Of a stretch of 64,000 nucleotides of DNA, positions 33,705-43,212 are shown piece by piece. Under the pieces are notes generated by a model. That model was not told where the DNA came from and did not search any database. It saw only the letters and a list, made by a program, of their open reading frames with translations. Positions within the stretch are counted from its first letter, which is position 1, and each line of letters starts with the position of its first letter. Both the position numbers and the translations under genes were made by a program. The DNA is from a bacterium (lineage in GTDB: Bacteria; UBA8248; JACPRG01; G963555815), in the NCBI GenBank assembly GCA_965261595.1, contig CBDHDG010000006.1, forward strand, positions 160,001 to 224,000. Direction: 5' to 3'.

Positions 33705-33873
33705 CCAGGGGGCTTTTTTGAAAAACCGCCCCCTGGACCCCTGAAAAACTTTTGTTTCGCGAAAAAGGGAAGCGCCTATGGGCGCTTCCCTTTTTCGCCA
33801 CATGAAAGTTTTCGAGAGGGGTTCCCAATCCCTGGGAGGGGTCTGGGGGACAGTTTTCAAAATGTCCCCCCAG
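33705..33873. repeat. REP/BIME-like cluster (family B)
   Basis: GGGGGCTTTTTTGAAAAACCGCCCCCTGG...CCCCTGAAAAACTT also at about 38605-38659; CCTGGGAGGGGT...AGTTTTCAAAATG.CCCCCC also at about 40125-40173. Confidence 0.7.
33759..33798. terminator. Bidirectional rho-independent terminator-like hairpin
   Basis: Perfect 18-bp stem GCGAAAAAGGGAAGCGCC-TATG-GGCGCTTCCCTTTTTCGC between convergent selB and the deiodinase-like gene. Confidence 0.75.
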
Positions 33874-34270
33874 GATTTTGGCCTCTAAATCGCCGTGCCG
33901 ACTTTGGAGGAATCCATCGTCTTTTGGATGGGTCGGGAGGGGTCATCGGCCGTCACCATCTCCGCCAGGACTTCATCGACCGAGTCGGCGTCCAGCCATG
34001 TGGCCTTGTACTCCACCTTCCCTTCCTTGTTGACGACGTAGACGAAGTTCGGCAGGTTTCCGAGTTGCAGGTGTATCGCCTCGTCCATCCCGTCCACGAG
34101 AACGGGAATCGTCAGGGCTTTGATCCTCGCCAGCTCGCGGGCGTATTCCATCTTGTGCTCGTAGCCTTCGTGTTTCCGGTATGACTTGAAGCCCGTTTCA
34201 CCGGGGTGGGGCTCCCGGACGTAGTGGACCGCCCCTGGGTTATTGGACACTCGGGTGAGGGTATTCGACC

Positions 34271-35179
34271 TCATGCGGCCTCCGCAACTTGAGCGAGTTT
34301 TTCCTGCCTTGCCTGGGCCGGCGTTCGGTAGCCGTAGCCCTCGAGAATCCAATGATGGTTGTACAGGTTCTTGAACTCAAGCAGCGCCCACCGCAGTTCC
34401 TCTACGGTGGCGAAAGAGCGCACCCACAGGAGATTCTCCTTCAAGATGCGGATAAACCACTCACAGTAGCCATTTCCCTCGGGCGCCCGCACGAAGCTGG
34501 GCGAACTGGTCATGCCCAGGTAGGCGATCTCCCGCTGAAAGTCATCGGACAGATAGGCGGGGCCGTGGTCGTGACGAACTTTAAGCCCCTCGGCGACGTC
34601 CGCCTCCAAGCCGGCGAAGCGCTCGGCGACCCCCTGCCGGATCGGCTCCAGGGCCTCGAAGCGGTTGCCGCTCTTGGCCGCATGGATCCCCACGCAGTCC
34701 ACCGAGCAGTGATCCACCGCCACGAACACCGAGGCCACCCCCTCCTCGGTGGTCACCGTCGTCGTCATGTCCGTGCCCCACATTCGGTCGGGCCGCTCGG
34801 TGCGGATGGTCCCGTTGTGGGCCTTGGGACCTCGGGGTTTGCCCACCCGGTGGGGGGCCTGAAGCCCCGCCTCCCGCATCAGGCGACGCACCCGCTCCTT
34901 GCTGGTGCGGATGCCCGCGAAGCGCAGCCTCGCCCACACCTTGCGGTAGCCCTCGCCATGGAAGGGAGAGTCCTCCAGGACCTGCCGGATGTGGCCGAGG
35001 AGTTCCGCATCGGTGCACGGGCCCACAGGGCCGCGCTTATTGGGCGTGGGGCGTTCATGAACGGGGACCGCCTCTCGCCGCCGTTGCGCGTAGACCGTGG
35101 AGCGCGCCAAGCCCCAAAGGGCGCACACCCGCTTCAGGCCGTAGGCTCTGCCCGTGGAGGTGAAGCGGGCCTGACTCAT
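34271..35179 (-). CDS. IS3 transposase OrfB (rve/DDE)
   Basis: GYRKV HTH_21 region; WGTD, RHDHG and NGYCE give the DDE residues. Confidence 0.9.
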   Translation of the reverse strand: MSQARFTSTGRAYGLKRVCALWGLARSTVYAQRRREAVPVHERPTPNKRGPVGPCTDAELLGHIRQVLEDSPFHGEGYRKVWARLRFAGIRTSKERVRRLMREAGLQAPHRVGKPRGPKAHNGTIRTERPDRMWGTDMTTTVTTEEGVASVFVAVDHCSVDCVGIHAAKSGNRFEALEPIRQGVAERFAGLEADVAEGLKVRHDHGPAYLSDDFQREIAYLGMTSSPSFVRAPEGNGYCEWFIRILKENLLWVRSFATVEELRWALLEFKNLYNHHWILEGYGYRTPAQARQEKLAQVAEAA

Positions 35180-35562
35180 CGCCTCCACCTCCTGCCGGCT
35201 AAAGGGCGGCCGGCCTCCAGGCGGTCGATCTTCTCCCGCAGGACCTCGCCCTCCATCGTGAGTTCGCCCACCTTGGCCTTGAGCCGGGCGTTCTCCTCGG
35301 CCCGCTCATCCGCCGGGCGGGCTTTGAGCGCCGCCTCGCCCCCGCGAAGGAACGCCTCGCGCCAGGCGGAAAGCCGAGCCGCTGTCGTGCCCAACTCGCG
35401 GCAGAGCGTCTCCAGGCTCTCGCCCCGCAAAAGACGCAGGACCGCCTCCCGCTTGCGCTGGCAGGAGAACCGACCCCGCTCACTGCGATGCCCTGGGGCC
35501 TTGGCTCCGTTCGCCCTGCGGGCGCCCTCCGCCAAAGCCCCCTCTTGCTTTTGTTCGTTCAT
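35176..35562 (-). CDS. IS3 transposase OrfA (HTH)
   Basis: KREAVLRLLRGESLETLCRELG HTH and LKAKVGELTME zipper; ATGA overlap with orfB. Confidence 0.88.
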   Translation of the reverse strand: MNEQKQEGALAEGARRANGAKAPGHRSERGRFSCQRKREAVLRLLRGESLETLCRELGTTAARLSAWREAFLRGGEAALKARPADERAEENARLKAKVGELTMEGEVLREKIDRLEAGRPLAGRRWRR

Positions 35563-35687
35563 CGCGACACCCCTTTCTCCATGAATCATGGATCAATCGA
35601 GTGTCCAACAAAACCCTAGAGCGGGGGAGTAGAGCGCGAAAAACGCCACGTCCCGATCGGCGTACTTCTTTTTCAGCTCCTCCATGA

Positions 35688-35701
35688 GCGGCAACTGCCG
35701 C
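35688..35701 (-). promoter_or_regulatory. Candidate bacterial SECIS hairpin
   Basis: mRNA GCGGC-AGUU-GCCGC starting after an 11-nt spacer 3' of the UGA at 35715-35713. Confidence 0.7.
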
Positions 35702-36108
35702 CGGAAGGGCGGTCACGTTATGGCGCCGGTGAAAAGGACGAAATGCTTCTTGCCGCGCAACTCGGCGGTGCGGACGCGCGCGCCGCCGGTGGTTTCGAGC
35801 GCAACGTCGGGAAATTCCGCGCCCGGCGGAAAGAGGGAGGGGAACTTTTCATAGAACCCCTTCACCCGTTTGCTGGTGATGAGCCTCAGCGTCTTGAATT
35901 TATTGAGATAGCGCCAGGACCACAGGCCCATCAGCGGGCCCGGCGGTTTGGGCAGCATGTGGTTTCGGTCGGCCATCCTCCCCCCTTCAAATGAATCAGG
36001 ATCCAGAGAAATTATACCATCCGCATGATCCGTGTCCAGAACGAACGGCCCCGGGCGTCCCTTTCGAATGAAACGGAAGGGGAAATCCCTCCGCCCAAGC
36101 CCGCTGTT

Positions 36109-37338
36109 TCAAGCGCGATTCCCGGCGAACTCCTCCGCGTGCGCGATGCGCCGTGAAATGGACGGGTGGCTGTAAAACATTCGCTCCACCCAGGCCGGGG
36201 GCGACTCCTCGGCGAGGTTCAGCCGGGACAACTTGCGCATCGCGGAGATGAACGATTCGGGGTCCTTCGTCGCCCGCAGGGCGTCGTCGTCGCATCTCCG
36301 CTCCATCGCCGTGGAAACCGAATTCCCGAAGGGCGCGGCGAGCAGTCCGGCGCCCCCCAATACAAGCAGCGCCAAAGGAAGGCCGGCGGGGTCGGCCGCG
36401 CCATCGACGCCCAGGCCCGGACCCCACGCGCGCAGGGCGAACACCACCCCGTAAAAGACAACCGTCCCGAGAACCGCCTGCGCCGCGATGAGCTTCGGAA
36501 TGTGCCGCCTTCCGTGATGGGCCAGCTCGTGCGCGAGGACGACGGAGATCTCCTCGTGCGAGAACCCCTCCAGAAGGGTATCGCTCAACAGGATGCGGCG
36601 GGTCTTCCCGAGGCCGGTCAGGGCGGCCGTCGCGGTCCGACTCTTCCGGCCCAGGTCGAACTGATAGACCCCCCGGACGTTCGCGCCGGACCCCCGGGCC
36701 AACTCCGCCAGCCGGTTCTCCAATCCCGCGTCCTCGACCGGCCGCGTTTTGAAGAAGACCGGCATCAGGAGGACCGGCGCCAGCCAGCCGGCCAAAATCA
36801 GGAAGCCCAGGAACGCCGCTCCCGCCCATAGGGGAAAGGTCAACGGCCCCGTCCCCCTCAGCAGCCCATACCAAGCCTCAGACGCCAAAAGCCCGATGGC
36901 GAAGCCAATCCCCGCGCCCTTCAGACGATCCCACAGCCACCCAGCCGCGTTTTGTCGGGAAAGACCGAAACGCCGGGCGAGCCGGTGTCCCCCGAGATAG
37001 TCCAGGGGCAGCGTCAAGACCTCGAATCCAATCATCAGGACCGCGCAGAACAGGGCCATCCCCAACCACGGATTGTCCGTGAGGACCCGGGTCCAATCAG
37101 CGAGGGCGATGGAGGCCCCCGAAAAGAGAAGCCCCGCCAGAAAGAGAAAACCCAACGCTGTCCGGGCGATTCCAACCCTTCGCCCGGTGCGGTGATACCG
37201 GCGCGCCTCGTCATGATGTGAGGGAGGGAGGGGGGGGGATTGCCGCGGGTCATCCACGAAATCCCCCGATCCCGGAGAGGGTCCCGGCGCGCCGCCCGGG
37301 GAGAAATCGGCCGAGCGCTCGGGTTGTCTATCGTCCAT
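36109..37338 (-). CDS. M48 (Ste24-like) zinc metalloprotease
   Basis: TM helices, LAHELAH (HExxH), ERRCD and YSHP motifs. Confidence 0.9.
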   Translation of the reverse strand: MDDRQPERSADFSPGGAPGPSPGSGDFVDDPRQSPPLPPSHHDEARRYHRTGRRVGIARTALGFLFLAGLLFSGASIALADWTRVLTDNPWLGMALFCAVLMIGFEVLTLPLDYLGGHRLARRFGLSRQNAAGWLWDRLKGAGIGFAIGLLASEAWYGLLRGTGPLTFPLWAGAAFLGFLILAGWLAPVLLMPVFFKTRPVEDAGLENRLAELARGSGANVRGVYQFDLGRKSRTATAALTGLGKTRRILLSDTLLEGFSHEEISVVLAHELAHHGRRHIPKLIAAQAVLGTVVFYGVVFALRAWGPGLGVDGAADPAGLPLALLVLGGAGLLAAPFGNSVSTAMERRCDDDALRATKDPESFISAMRKLSRLNLAEESPPAWVERMFYSHPSISRRIAHAEEFAGNRA

Positions 37339-37489
37339 CGGTCCATGCCCTCCCGCGATGTCGCGGACCCCGGCCGGGGTCGCGGCTCCAATCTATCGCC
37401 CGCTCCGGGACAACGCAACGCGGCGGCGGATCAAGCGGTTGAAATGCGGCGGGAACACCGAGACAGAGCGGCGGCGATAACGGTATGCT

Positions 37490-38575
37490 ATGGACATGGC
37501 AGAACACGAAAAGGCCGCCGGAAATCATCCTTTGCGCGTCGCGGACATCGGCGAGTTCGGTCTGATCGGCCGCCTGAGGTCGCGGCTCGGCGCCGCCAGG
37601 GGGGGTGCGGGGGGGGCGGGCGTTGTCCTGCCCAATGGGGACGACTGCGCGGGGGTTCTCTTCACCCCGGGCCGGTGGGTCCTGGCGACGAGCGACATGA
37701 TGGTCGAGGGCGAGCACTTCCTCCGGGCCCACGCCACCCCCCGGCAGATCGGCCGAAAGGCCCTGGCCATCAACCTCAGCGACATCGCCGCCATGGGCGG
37801 AGACCCGAAGTTCGCCCTCACGTCCCTCGCCGTTCCCGAGGACACGCCCGTCGAGTGCATCGAGGCCGTCTATGACGGTCTTCGTGAAGAGGGCGAAGCG
37901 TTCGGAACGGCGGTGATCGGGGGGAATGTGGCGCGCTCCCCGGCGGGGATCATCCTGGACGTCCACCTCCTGGGGGAATCGGACCCGGAGAGGACCCTCC
38001 GCCGATCCGGCGCCCGTCCCGGAGACGTCGTGATGGTCACGGGGACGCTCGGCGACGCCGCCGCGGGACTGCGCGTCCTTCTGGATTCCGAAATCTCCGC
38101 TCCGGGCGAGACGGCGGACCTCCCGGCCGGCGAGAGATCCCTCGTGGACGCCCTCCTGGGGCCGAAACCCCGCGTGCCGGAGGGGCGGGCCATCGCGAAC
38201 GCCAGGGCCGCGACGGCGATGATCGATCTCAGCGACGGCCTCTCGGGCGACCTCTCGCACCTCTGCGAGGCGAGCCGGGCGGGCGCTGTCCTGGACGCCG
38301 GAAGCATTCCCGTCTCCGACGCCCTGCGAGCGATTTCCGCCGGGTGGAAACGAGATCCGGTGGACCTGGCCCTCCAGGGGGGCGAGGACTACGAGCTGCT
38401 CATGGCGGTCCGCCCGGAGGAAGCGGACGATCTGGCCGCGCGCGTGCTCCAGGAGACGGGAACGACGCTTACGGCCATCGGCCGTTTCACCGAAAAAGGG
38501 AGCGGTCTCAAAATCCTCCAGGAAGGACGCGAAGAGCCGCTCGAGGTGACCAGTTACGACCACCTGCGGAAGTGA
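37490..38575 (+). CDS. thiL: Thiamine-monophosphate kinase
   Basis: GEFGLI, GDDCA, NLSDIAAMGG, MIDLSDGL and GGEDYEL motifs. Confidence 0.93.
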   Translation: MDMAEHEKAAGNHPLRVADIGEFGLIGRLRSRLGAARGGAGGAGVVLPNGDDCAGVLFTPGRWVLATSDMMVEGEHFLRAHATPRQIGRKALAINLSDIAAMGGDPKFALTSLAVPEDTPVECIEAVYDGLREEGEAFGTAVIGGNVARSPAGIILDVHLLGESDPERTLRRSGARPGDVVMVTGTLGDAAAGLRVLLDSEISAPGETADLPAGERSLVDALLGPKPRVPEGRAIANARAATAMIDLSDGLSGDLSHLCEASRAGAVLDAGSIPVSDALRAISAGWKRDPVDLALQGGEDYELLMAVRPEEADDLAARVLQETGTTLTAIGRFTEKGSGLKILQEGREEPLEVTSYDHLRK

Positions 38576-38891
38576 GAGGTCCATTGCGCCCTCGGCAAGG
38601 CTCGCCAGGGGGGGCTTTTTTGAAAAACCGCCCCCCCTGGATCCCCCCTGAAAAACTTTCGGCGGCCAAGCCTGTAGCTTGGCCTTTCTGGGTTGGGTGT
38701 TGGATTGGCTGAATATCTGTATGTGACCCGCCGTAGCTTCTTGTTTTGGCCGAATGTCCGCCTTCCTCCGGAAGGCTCCGGCATTCGGCCAATGGGCCAG
38801 TTTTCTTTGCGATCGTGGCGGCCCTAAAAGGCCGAACACGATCGCAAATTGACAGCAGGCGGACATCTGGCCCGATCGAGGAGGAGATAAC

Positions 38892-39902
38892 GTGATGGCG
38901 GATGACGCCGGCGTCGTGCGGGTGGGGCAGGTCGGACTCGGGAAGTGGGGGCGCCAACTGGCGGCGGCCGCCTTGGAGAGCGGGAAGATCCGGTTCGTCG
39001 CGGGTTTTAGCCGCTCGCAAGAGAAGCGCGAGGCGTACGCGGAAAAATTCGGGATGGAAACCGAGACCGCCTACGAGGATTTGCTCAAGCGCGACGATAT
39101 CGAAGGCGTGGTCGTCTCCGCCCCCAACAATGCCCATACGGAGCTGTGCGTCCGCGCGGCCGAGGCGGGAAAACACGTCTTCGTTGAAAAACCGATCACC
39201 AACTCCCTCTCCGGGGCCCGGCAAGTTGTGGAGGCCTGCGCGAAGGCCGGCGTCACCCTCATGGTCGGCCACAGCTCGAGGCGCCTGGGGGGCCACCGCG
39301 TTCAGAAGGCGTGGATCGAAGACGGCAGGCTGGGCGATCTGGTCATGATCGAAGGGAACCTCTCCAACCCGATGGGGTTGGACCTGGAGGAAGGCGATTG
39401 GCTCTGGCATCAGTCCGAAAGCCCGGCCGGGGCCCTGAGCCAGCTCGGCGTCCATCACATGGACACCCTCATCTACCTGGCGGGTCCGGTGAAACGGGTC
39501 TCGTCGTTCATGAGCAAAAGATTCACCCCCGGAGAGATCCCGGACGTGACGGGGACGATGGTCGGATTCGAGTCGGGTGTTCAGGGCTATGTCGGCAGCA
39601 ATTTCGCCAGTCCGCGCTGGACATTCTTCATCAATGTGTACGGGACGAAGGGGAACATCCACTACGACCGCTTCGAAGGGCTCTACCACAAGGAGACCGA
39701 CGAGGCCCGCGTCGCCGTGCCGTACAAAGGCGTGGACATCCTCCGGGATGAGCTGGACCACTTCGCCGACTGCGTCCGGACCGGGGCGGAACCGGAAACG
39801 GGCGGACAGGAGGGCATCGACACCCTGGCCGTCGTGGTCGCGGCCATCCGATCCGCCGCTGAAGGCCGGGCGGTCGAAATCGCCGAGGTCATGGAAGGAT
39901 GA
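38892..39902 (+). CDS. Gfo/Idh/MocA family oxidoreductase
   Basis: VGLGKWG Rossmann motif, GKHVFVEKP and GVHHMD motifs. Confidence 0.9.
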   Translation: MMADDAGVVRVGQVGLGKWGRQLAAAALESGKIRFVAGFSRSQEKREAYAEKFGMETETAYEDLLKRDDIEGVVVSAPNNAHTELCVRAAEAGKHVFVEKPITNSLSGARQVVEACAKAGVTLMVGHSSRRLGGHRVQKAWIEDGRLGDLVMIEGNLSNPMGLDLEEGDWLWHQSESPAGALSQLGVHHMDTLIYLAGPVKRVSSFMSKRFTPGEIPDVTGTMVGFESGVQGYVGSNFASPRWTFFINVYGTKGNIHYDRFEGLYHKETDEARVAVPYKGVDILRDELDHFADCVRTGAEPETGGQEGIDTLAVVVAAIRSAAEGRAVEIAEVMEG

Positions 39903-40176
39903 GCAAGGTCCGGAAGGGCCGGCTTTTAACTTGTCTTGGCCTCAATACGTCAAATTTTGATGGGGCTTTGCCCAATCGGACGCATCCTCACCGGGGAGTA
40001 TCTGATCGACCGGCCGGTCACGCCCTGGACGCTTTTGAAGCCATAGAGACTGACACGGGAGACGGTTAAGACCTTGGGGGGCTTCTTGTAAGACGCCCCC
40101 CAAACCCCTCCCAGGGGTTGGGAACCCCTGGGAGGGGTCCAGGGGGGAAAGTTTTCAAAATGCCCCCCCTGGGAAC

Positions 40177-41010
40177 TTAGCCTCTTCTCCCTTTCCGCGG
40201 CACGCCGGCCTGTCTGATCGCCTCTTCCACCTCGTCCATCGTCTGCCGGCCCCAGATGAGCTGGCCGTCCACGACGAACGTCGGCACGCCGAACACCCCC
40301 GCCTTCGCGGCGTCGGCGCGGTGCTGATCGATGAGGTCCTCGAACACGCCGGACTCCACCGCTTCGTCCATGTCGGCCGTGTTCAGGCCGACGCCTTCCG
40401 CCAGCCTCTCGGCGTACAGGAGATCGCTCACGTCTTCGTGCCTGCCGTGCATGGCTTCCAGGAAGGTCTTGATGAATGCCGTCTCCTTCCCCCGGAGCCG
40501 GGCGTACTCGGTGCACATATGGAGATGGCGCGTGTTGAACCGGTGGGGGGAGCGGGTCTTGGCCAGGGGAACGCCGAGGGCTTTGGCCACGGCGCGGCTT
40601 TCATCCCAGCGCCGGGCCATCGCCTCCTTGGGCGCGGGCGTGGCGGCGAAGGGCTTCCAGTCGGGCCGCTGCTGGAAGGCCCGCCACGAGAAGGCGACCT
40701 CGTACATCGCGGAGAGCCGCTCGCACACGGGCACGGCCAGCCAGGAGTTCTGGGACTGATAATCGAAGTAGACCGGGACCGCCAGCGGCAGGTCCGGCGG
40801 GGCGGACAGGACCTCGGCCAGGCGGGTCTCGAGCTCCTTTTTCCGCTTCTCGTCGATCAGGACCCACGTGCTTTTGTGCAGGGCGCCGACAGTCCGGACC
40901 GCCACCTTCTTTCGCAGTGCGTGGAGCTGCCGGGGGGTCAAAGCCCGGAACTTCGCCCGGACGACCCCTGTTCGGACCTTCTCATACTTGACCTGCCCTC
41001 TTGCGGCCAT
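40177..41010 (-). CDS. DsbA/HCCA-isomerase-like thioredoxin-fold protein with N-terminal extension
   Basis: VYFDYQSQNSW at the active-site position; GVFGVPTFVVDGQLIWG cis-Pro motif. Confidence 0.75.
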   Translation of the reverse strand: MAARGQVKYEKVRTGVVRAKFRALTPRQLHALRKKVAVRTVGALHKSTWVLIDEKRKKELETRLAEVLSAPPDLPLAVPVYFDYQSQNSWLAVPVCERLSAMYEVAFSWRAFQQRPDWKPFAATPAPKEAMARRWDESRAVAKALGVPLAKTRSPHRFNTRHLHMCTEYARLRGKETAFIKTFLEAMHGRHEDVSDLLYAERLAEGVGLNTADMDEAVESGVFEDLIDQHRADAAKAGVFGVPTFVVDGQLIWGRQTMDEVEEAIRQAGVPRKGRRG

Positions 41011-41228
41011 GGGGTTTTCTCCTCATTGGATTGCCGTGCGCATGGCTCGAACAAAACACGCCCCGGCACGGAACCTCATTCTGAACAACAGGCGAAGCAG
41101 TGAAAATCGATCGTTCAACAGCGCCGAACTCAAATCGGCGGGGGAAGGGGGGCTCTAGAAGATGGCATAAATAATGTCCTCCACATAGCGGCTCAACGAA
41201 AGGTCCGGAGGATTCCTCGCCACCTCTG

Positions 41229-41304
41229 CGGGCGGGTACGGAGCCCCGCCCCTACACGCGATTCTACAATGAACATGTAAGGGCCGGGCTCTGTACCGGC
41301 CCGT
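41229..41304. repeat. Inverted pair of GTAG-type REPs (family A)
   Basis: CGGGCGGGTACGGAGCCCCGCCCCTACA matches 10241-10268, followed by an inverted variant. Confidence 0.7.
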
Positions 41305-41429
41305 CACACGCCAGTGGGGAACAAAATGTTGGGGCTTGGTCCACCCCCCGTCGTTCGGCAAGTCGTTAAGAGACAACCTGTTTACTCGACTCAATCTATT
41401 CGGGCGTTTGCCTTGGTGAGATATACAGG

Positions 41430-42143
41430 CTATTCCAACCGGCCGAGGAGCTGGAGGACGGCGCGGCGGATCGCCTCGCGGCTGGCCTGACCGACGGTGG
41501 TCTCGTCAAAGGGCGTCCCGGACCCCGACGGGAAGAGCCGCCGGGTCGTGTGGATCGCCTCGCCGATTCCGGAGGCAGGAATGTATTCGTGCGTCTCCGG
41601 GTCCACGCGGCGGATTTGGATCCCAATCCGGGTCACCTGAGACGATTTCACCGAAACGCCGCGGATACGCTCCCGCGTTCCCACGCCGAATTCGAACACT
41701 TCCCCGTAGATGACGGCCGAAGGCTGCTTCAGCCTTCCGATACGGAGGGCCGTCTCCGGGTCCACCAGGTCGCTCTGACCCAGATAGAGCTGGCGCATCA
41801 GCCGCTCGACGACCTCTCTTCGGATCTCGACGAACCGGAACCGATTAGTCTCGGCCAAGGTGTTGACGATCATCTGGTGGAGACCCAATCCGACCTGCCG
41901 GTCCACGAGCTTGGGGTATCGCCTGGCGGCCCGCTTGGACAAACCGAGGGGAAGGACCGCGATACGGGTCTTGGGGCCGCGATACTTCGGAAACGCCACG
42001 GGTGCCCGGCGTGAGATCGGCTCCGGCCTCCCCCCCCCTTTTTCGGGTTCGACGATGCCCGCGTCCGCGCACGCCGCCGCGGCGGCGCAAACCGCTCCCA
42101 ACGCGGGGGCCCTGAGCACGCGCCCCGTTCCCGGCTTCAACAT
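41430..42143 (-). CDS. CsgG/HfaB-like (TolB-N fold) exported protein
   Basis: RIAVL...LAETNRFRFVE...IGRL...VIYGEVFEF...RRVDPET pattern. Confidence 0.7.
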   Translation of the reverse strand: MLKPGTGRVLRAPALGAVCAAAAACADAGIVEPEKGGGRPEPISRRAPVAFPKYRGPKTRIAVLPLGLSKRAARRYPKLVDRQVGLGLHQMIVNTLAETNRFRFVEIRREVVERLMRQLYLGQSDLVDPETALRIGRLKQPSAVIYGEVFEFGVGTRERIRGVSVKSSQVTRIGIQIRRVDPETHEYIPASGIGEAIHTTRRLFPSGSGTPFDETTVGQASREAIRRAVLQLLGRLE

Positions 42144-42788
42144 CCCCTTGTCTCTCTTCCATAGTCGGCGATGAGTCGTTTCACGGCCGATTCCAAAGCG
42201 GCCTTCGTGGCCCTGCCCACGGTCGTTTCATCGAAGAGAACTTTTAGTCTCCGTATCGTGAAGCCGACCGCCTTGGCTTTGAACGATGAGGTTCCCCTGC
42301 CGGGGGCGGAAATCACCTTCCGGCCATCGGCGGACACCAACGACGCCTTCAGGTTGACGGTGACCGTCTCCTTGGCGGTGCTGAACAGGGAAATAAAGGA
42401 CCGCGAGCGGGCGCGCTTGGCGGACAGGACCGTGCCGTAAGCCGTCCAGTCCGTCTTCCATCCGCGCGCCAACTGCGAGAGAGGCGGACCTTTGGGATTC
42501 GTCCCGGATTTCGCCCAAAGGCTTGATTGGATCGACTTCACCTTCACCAGGACCTCGCCTTTCTCCTCAAGTAGGTCGAAAGCACCCGGACTCAAAGAGG
42601 AGCTGGCCGAGAAGCGTTCTGAGACCGAACCCGATCCGGGCGTCCGTCCAAATCTTCCCCCGGACCTCGTTCTCAAACCCGAGGACGAGCAGCGTGGGGC
42701 GCGACGCCTGCCCCCACACCGTCTGCCCGGCAAGGGGAAGAAAGATGAAAGCGAGAAACGGAACGAATCGCCTGAGATTCCGCCGCAC
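42137..42788 (-). pseudogene. Second CsgG-like exported protein, frameshifted near 42585
   Basis: Signal peptide plus TLLVLGFEN...LFESG in one frame, AFDLLEE...FDETTVGRA in another; shares FDETTVG with the neighbouring gene; start uncertain. Confidence 0.55.
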
Positions 42789-42849
42789 CTTTTGGAACCT
42801 CCCGAGCGAAAGGACGGGTTGACTCAGCGGGAATTTCCGGGTTCGCCCG

Positions 42850-43212
42850 CTAACCGGGGACATTGCCGGGGCGGAGGGCTTCGAGACTCTTCTGGTCCAC
42901 CGCGAGGCCCTCCAGGGCGTCCGCCCCGCGGGCGTCGATGATCCGCTCAATCACCGGGTCTTCGGGCTCCAGCCTGAGGTCGATGAAGTTGGACCAGACA
43001 AACTGGGTGAACTCGACAAAGTCCGCCTGGATCGCCTCGACCTCCTCGGCCGAGTGCTCGCGGGCAAGACGCCGATCCACCGCTTCCCACGTCCCGTCGT
43101 CCATCGAAATGAACAGGTTATAGAATTTCTGACAGGTTTCCCTGGACGGCTTCGCCAATTCCGCCTCCCCCCCCTCCCCCCTCTGTTTCGCCGGCGGGCT
43201 TTCGGCGCTCAT
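42850..43212 (-). CDS. Hypothetical acidic protein (120 aa)
   Basis: ATGA-coupled to the upstream ORF; last gene of the ferritin-like operon. Confidence 0.65.
   Translation of the reverse strand: MSAESPPAKQRGEGGEAELAKPSRETCQKFYNLFISMDDGTWEAVDRRLAREHSAEEVEAIQADFVEFTQFVWSNFIDLRLEPEDPVIERIIDARGADALEGLAVDQKSLEALRPGNVPG

Larger units (their letters stand above)
34225..35628 (-). mobile_element. IS3-family insertion sequence, copy 1 (intact)
   Basis: Imperfect IRs sharing TTGGACACTCG; GTAG target duplication at 34221-34224 and 35629-35632; orfA plus orfB. Confidence 0.93.
33885..35976 (-). pseudogene. Iodothyronine-deiodinase-like (thioredoxin-fold) selenoprotein interrupted by an IS3 element
   Basis: 35976-35629 reads ...HFVLFTGAIT-UGA-PPFRRQLP...FFALY; 34220-33885 continues in frame VREPHPGETG...PVLVDGMD...LPNFVYVVNKEGKV. 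Restored length 227 aa. Confidence 0.88.

Noticed and set aside
30219..33860. 1213-aa minus-strand ORF and other long antisense ORFs (e.g. 4889-6772, 15368-17101)
   Set aside because: They are shadow frames of well-supported opposite-strand genes, as expected at high GC.
33885..34352. 155-aa ORF-track call as a standalone gene
   Set aside because: Its N-terminus comes from the IS3 end; only 34220-33885 belongs to the interrupted selenoprotein.
37490..38575. PurM-fold kinase near selAB as selenophosphate synthetase SelD
   Set aside because: It lacks the N-terminal C/U-x-x-K motif and has ThiL signatures.
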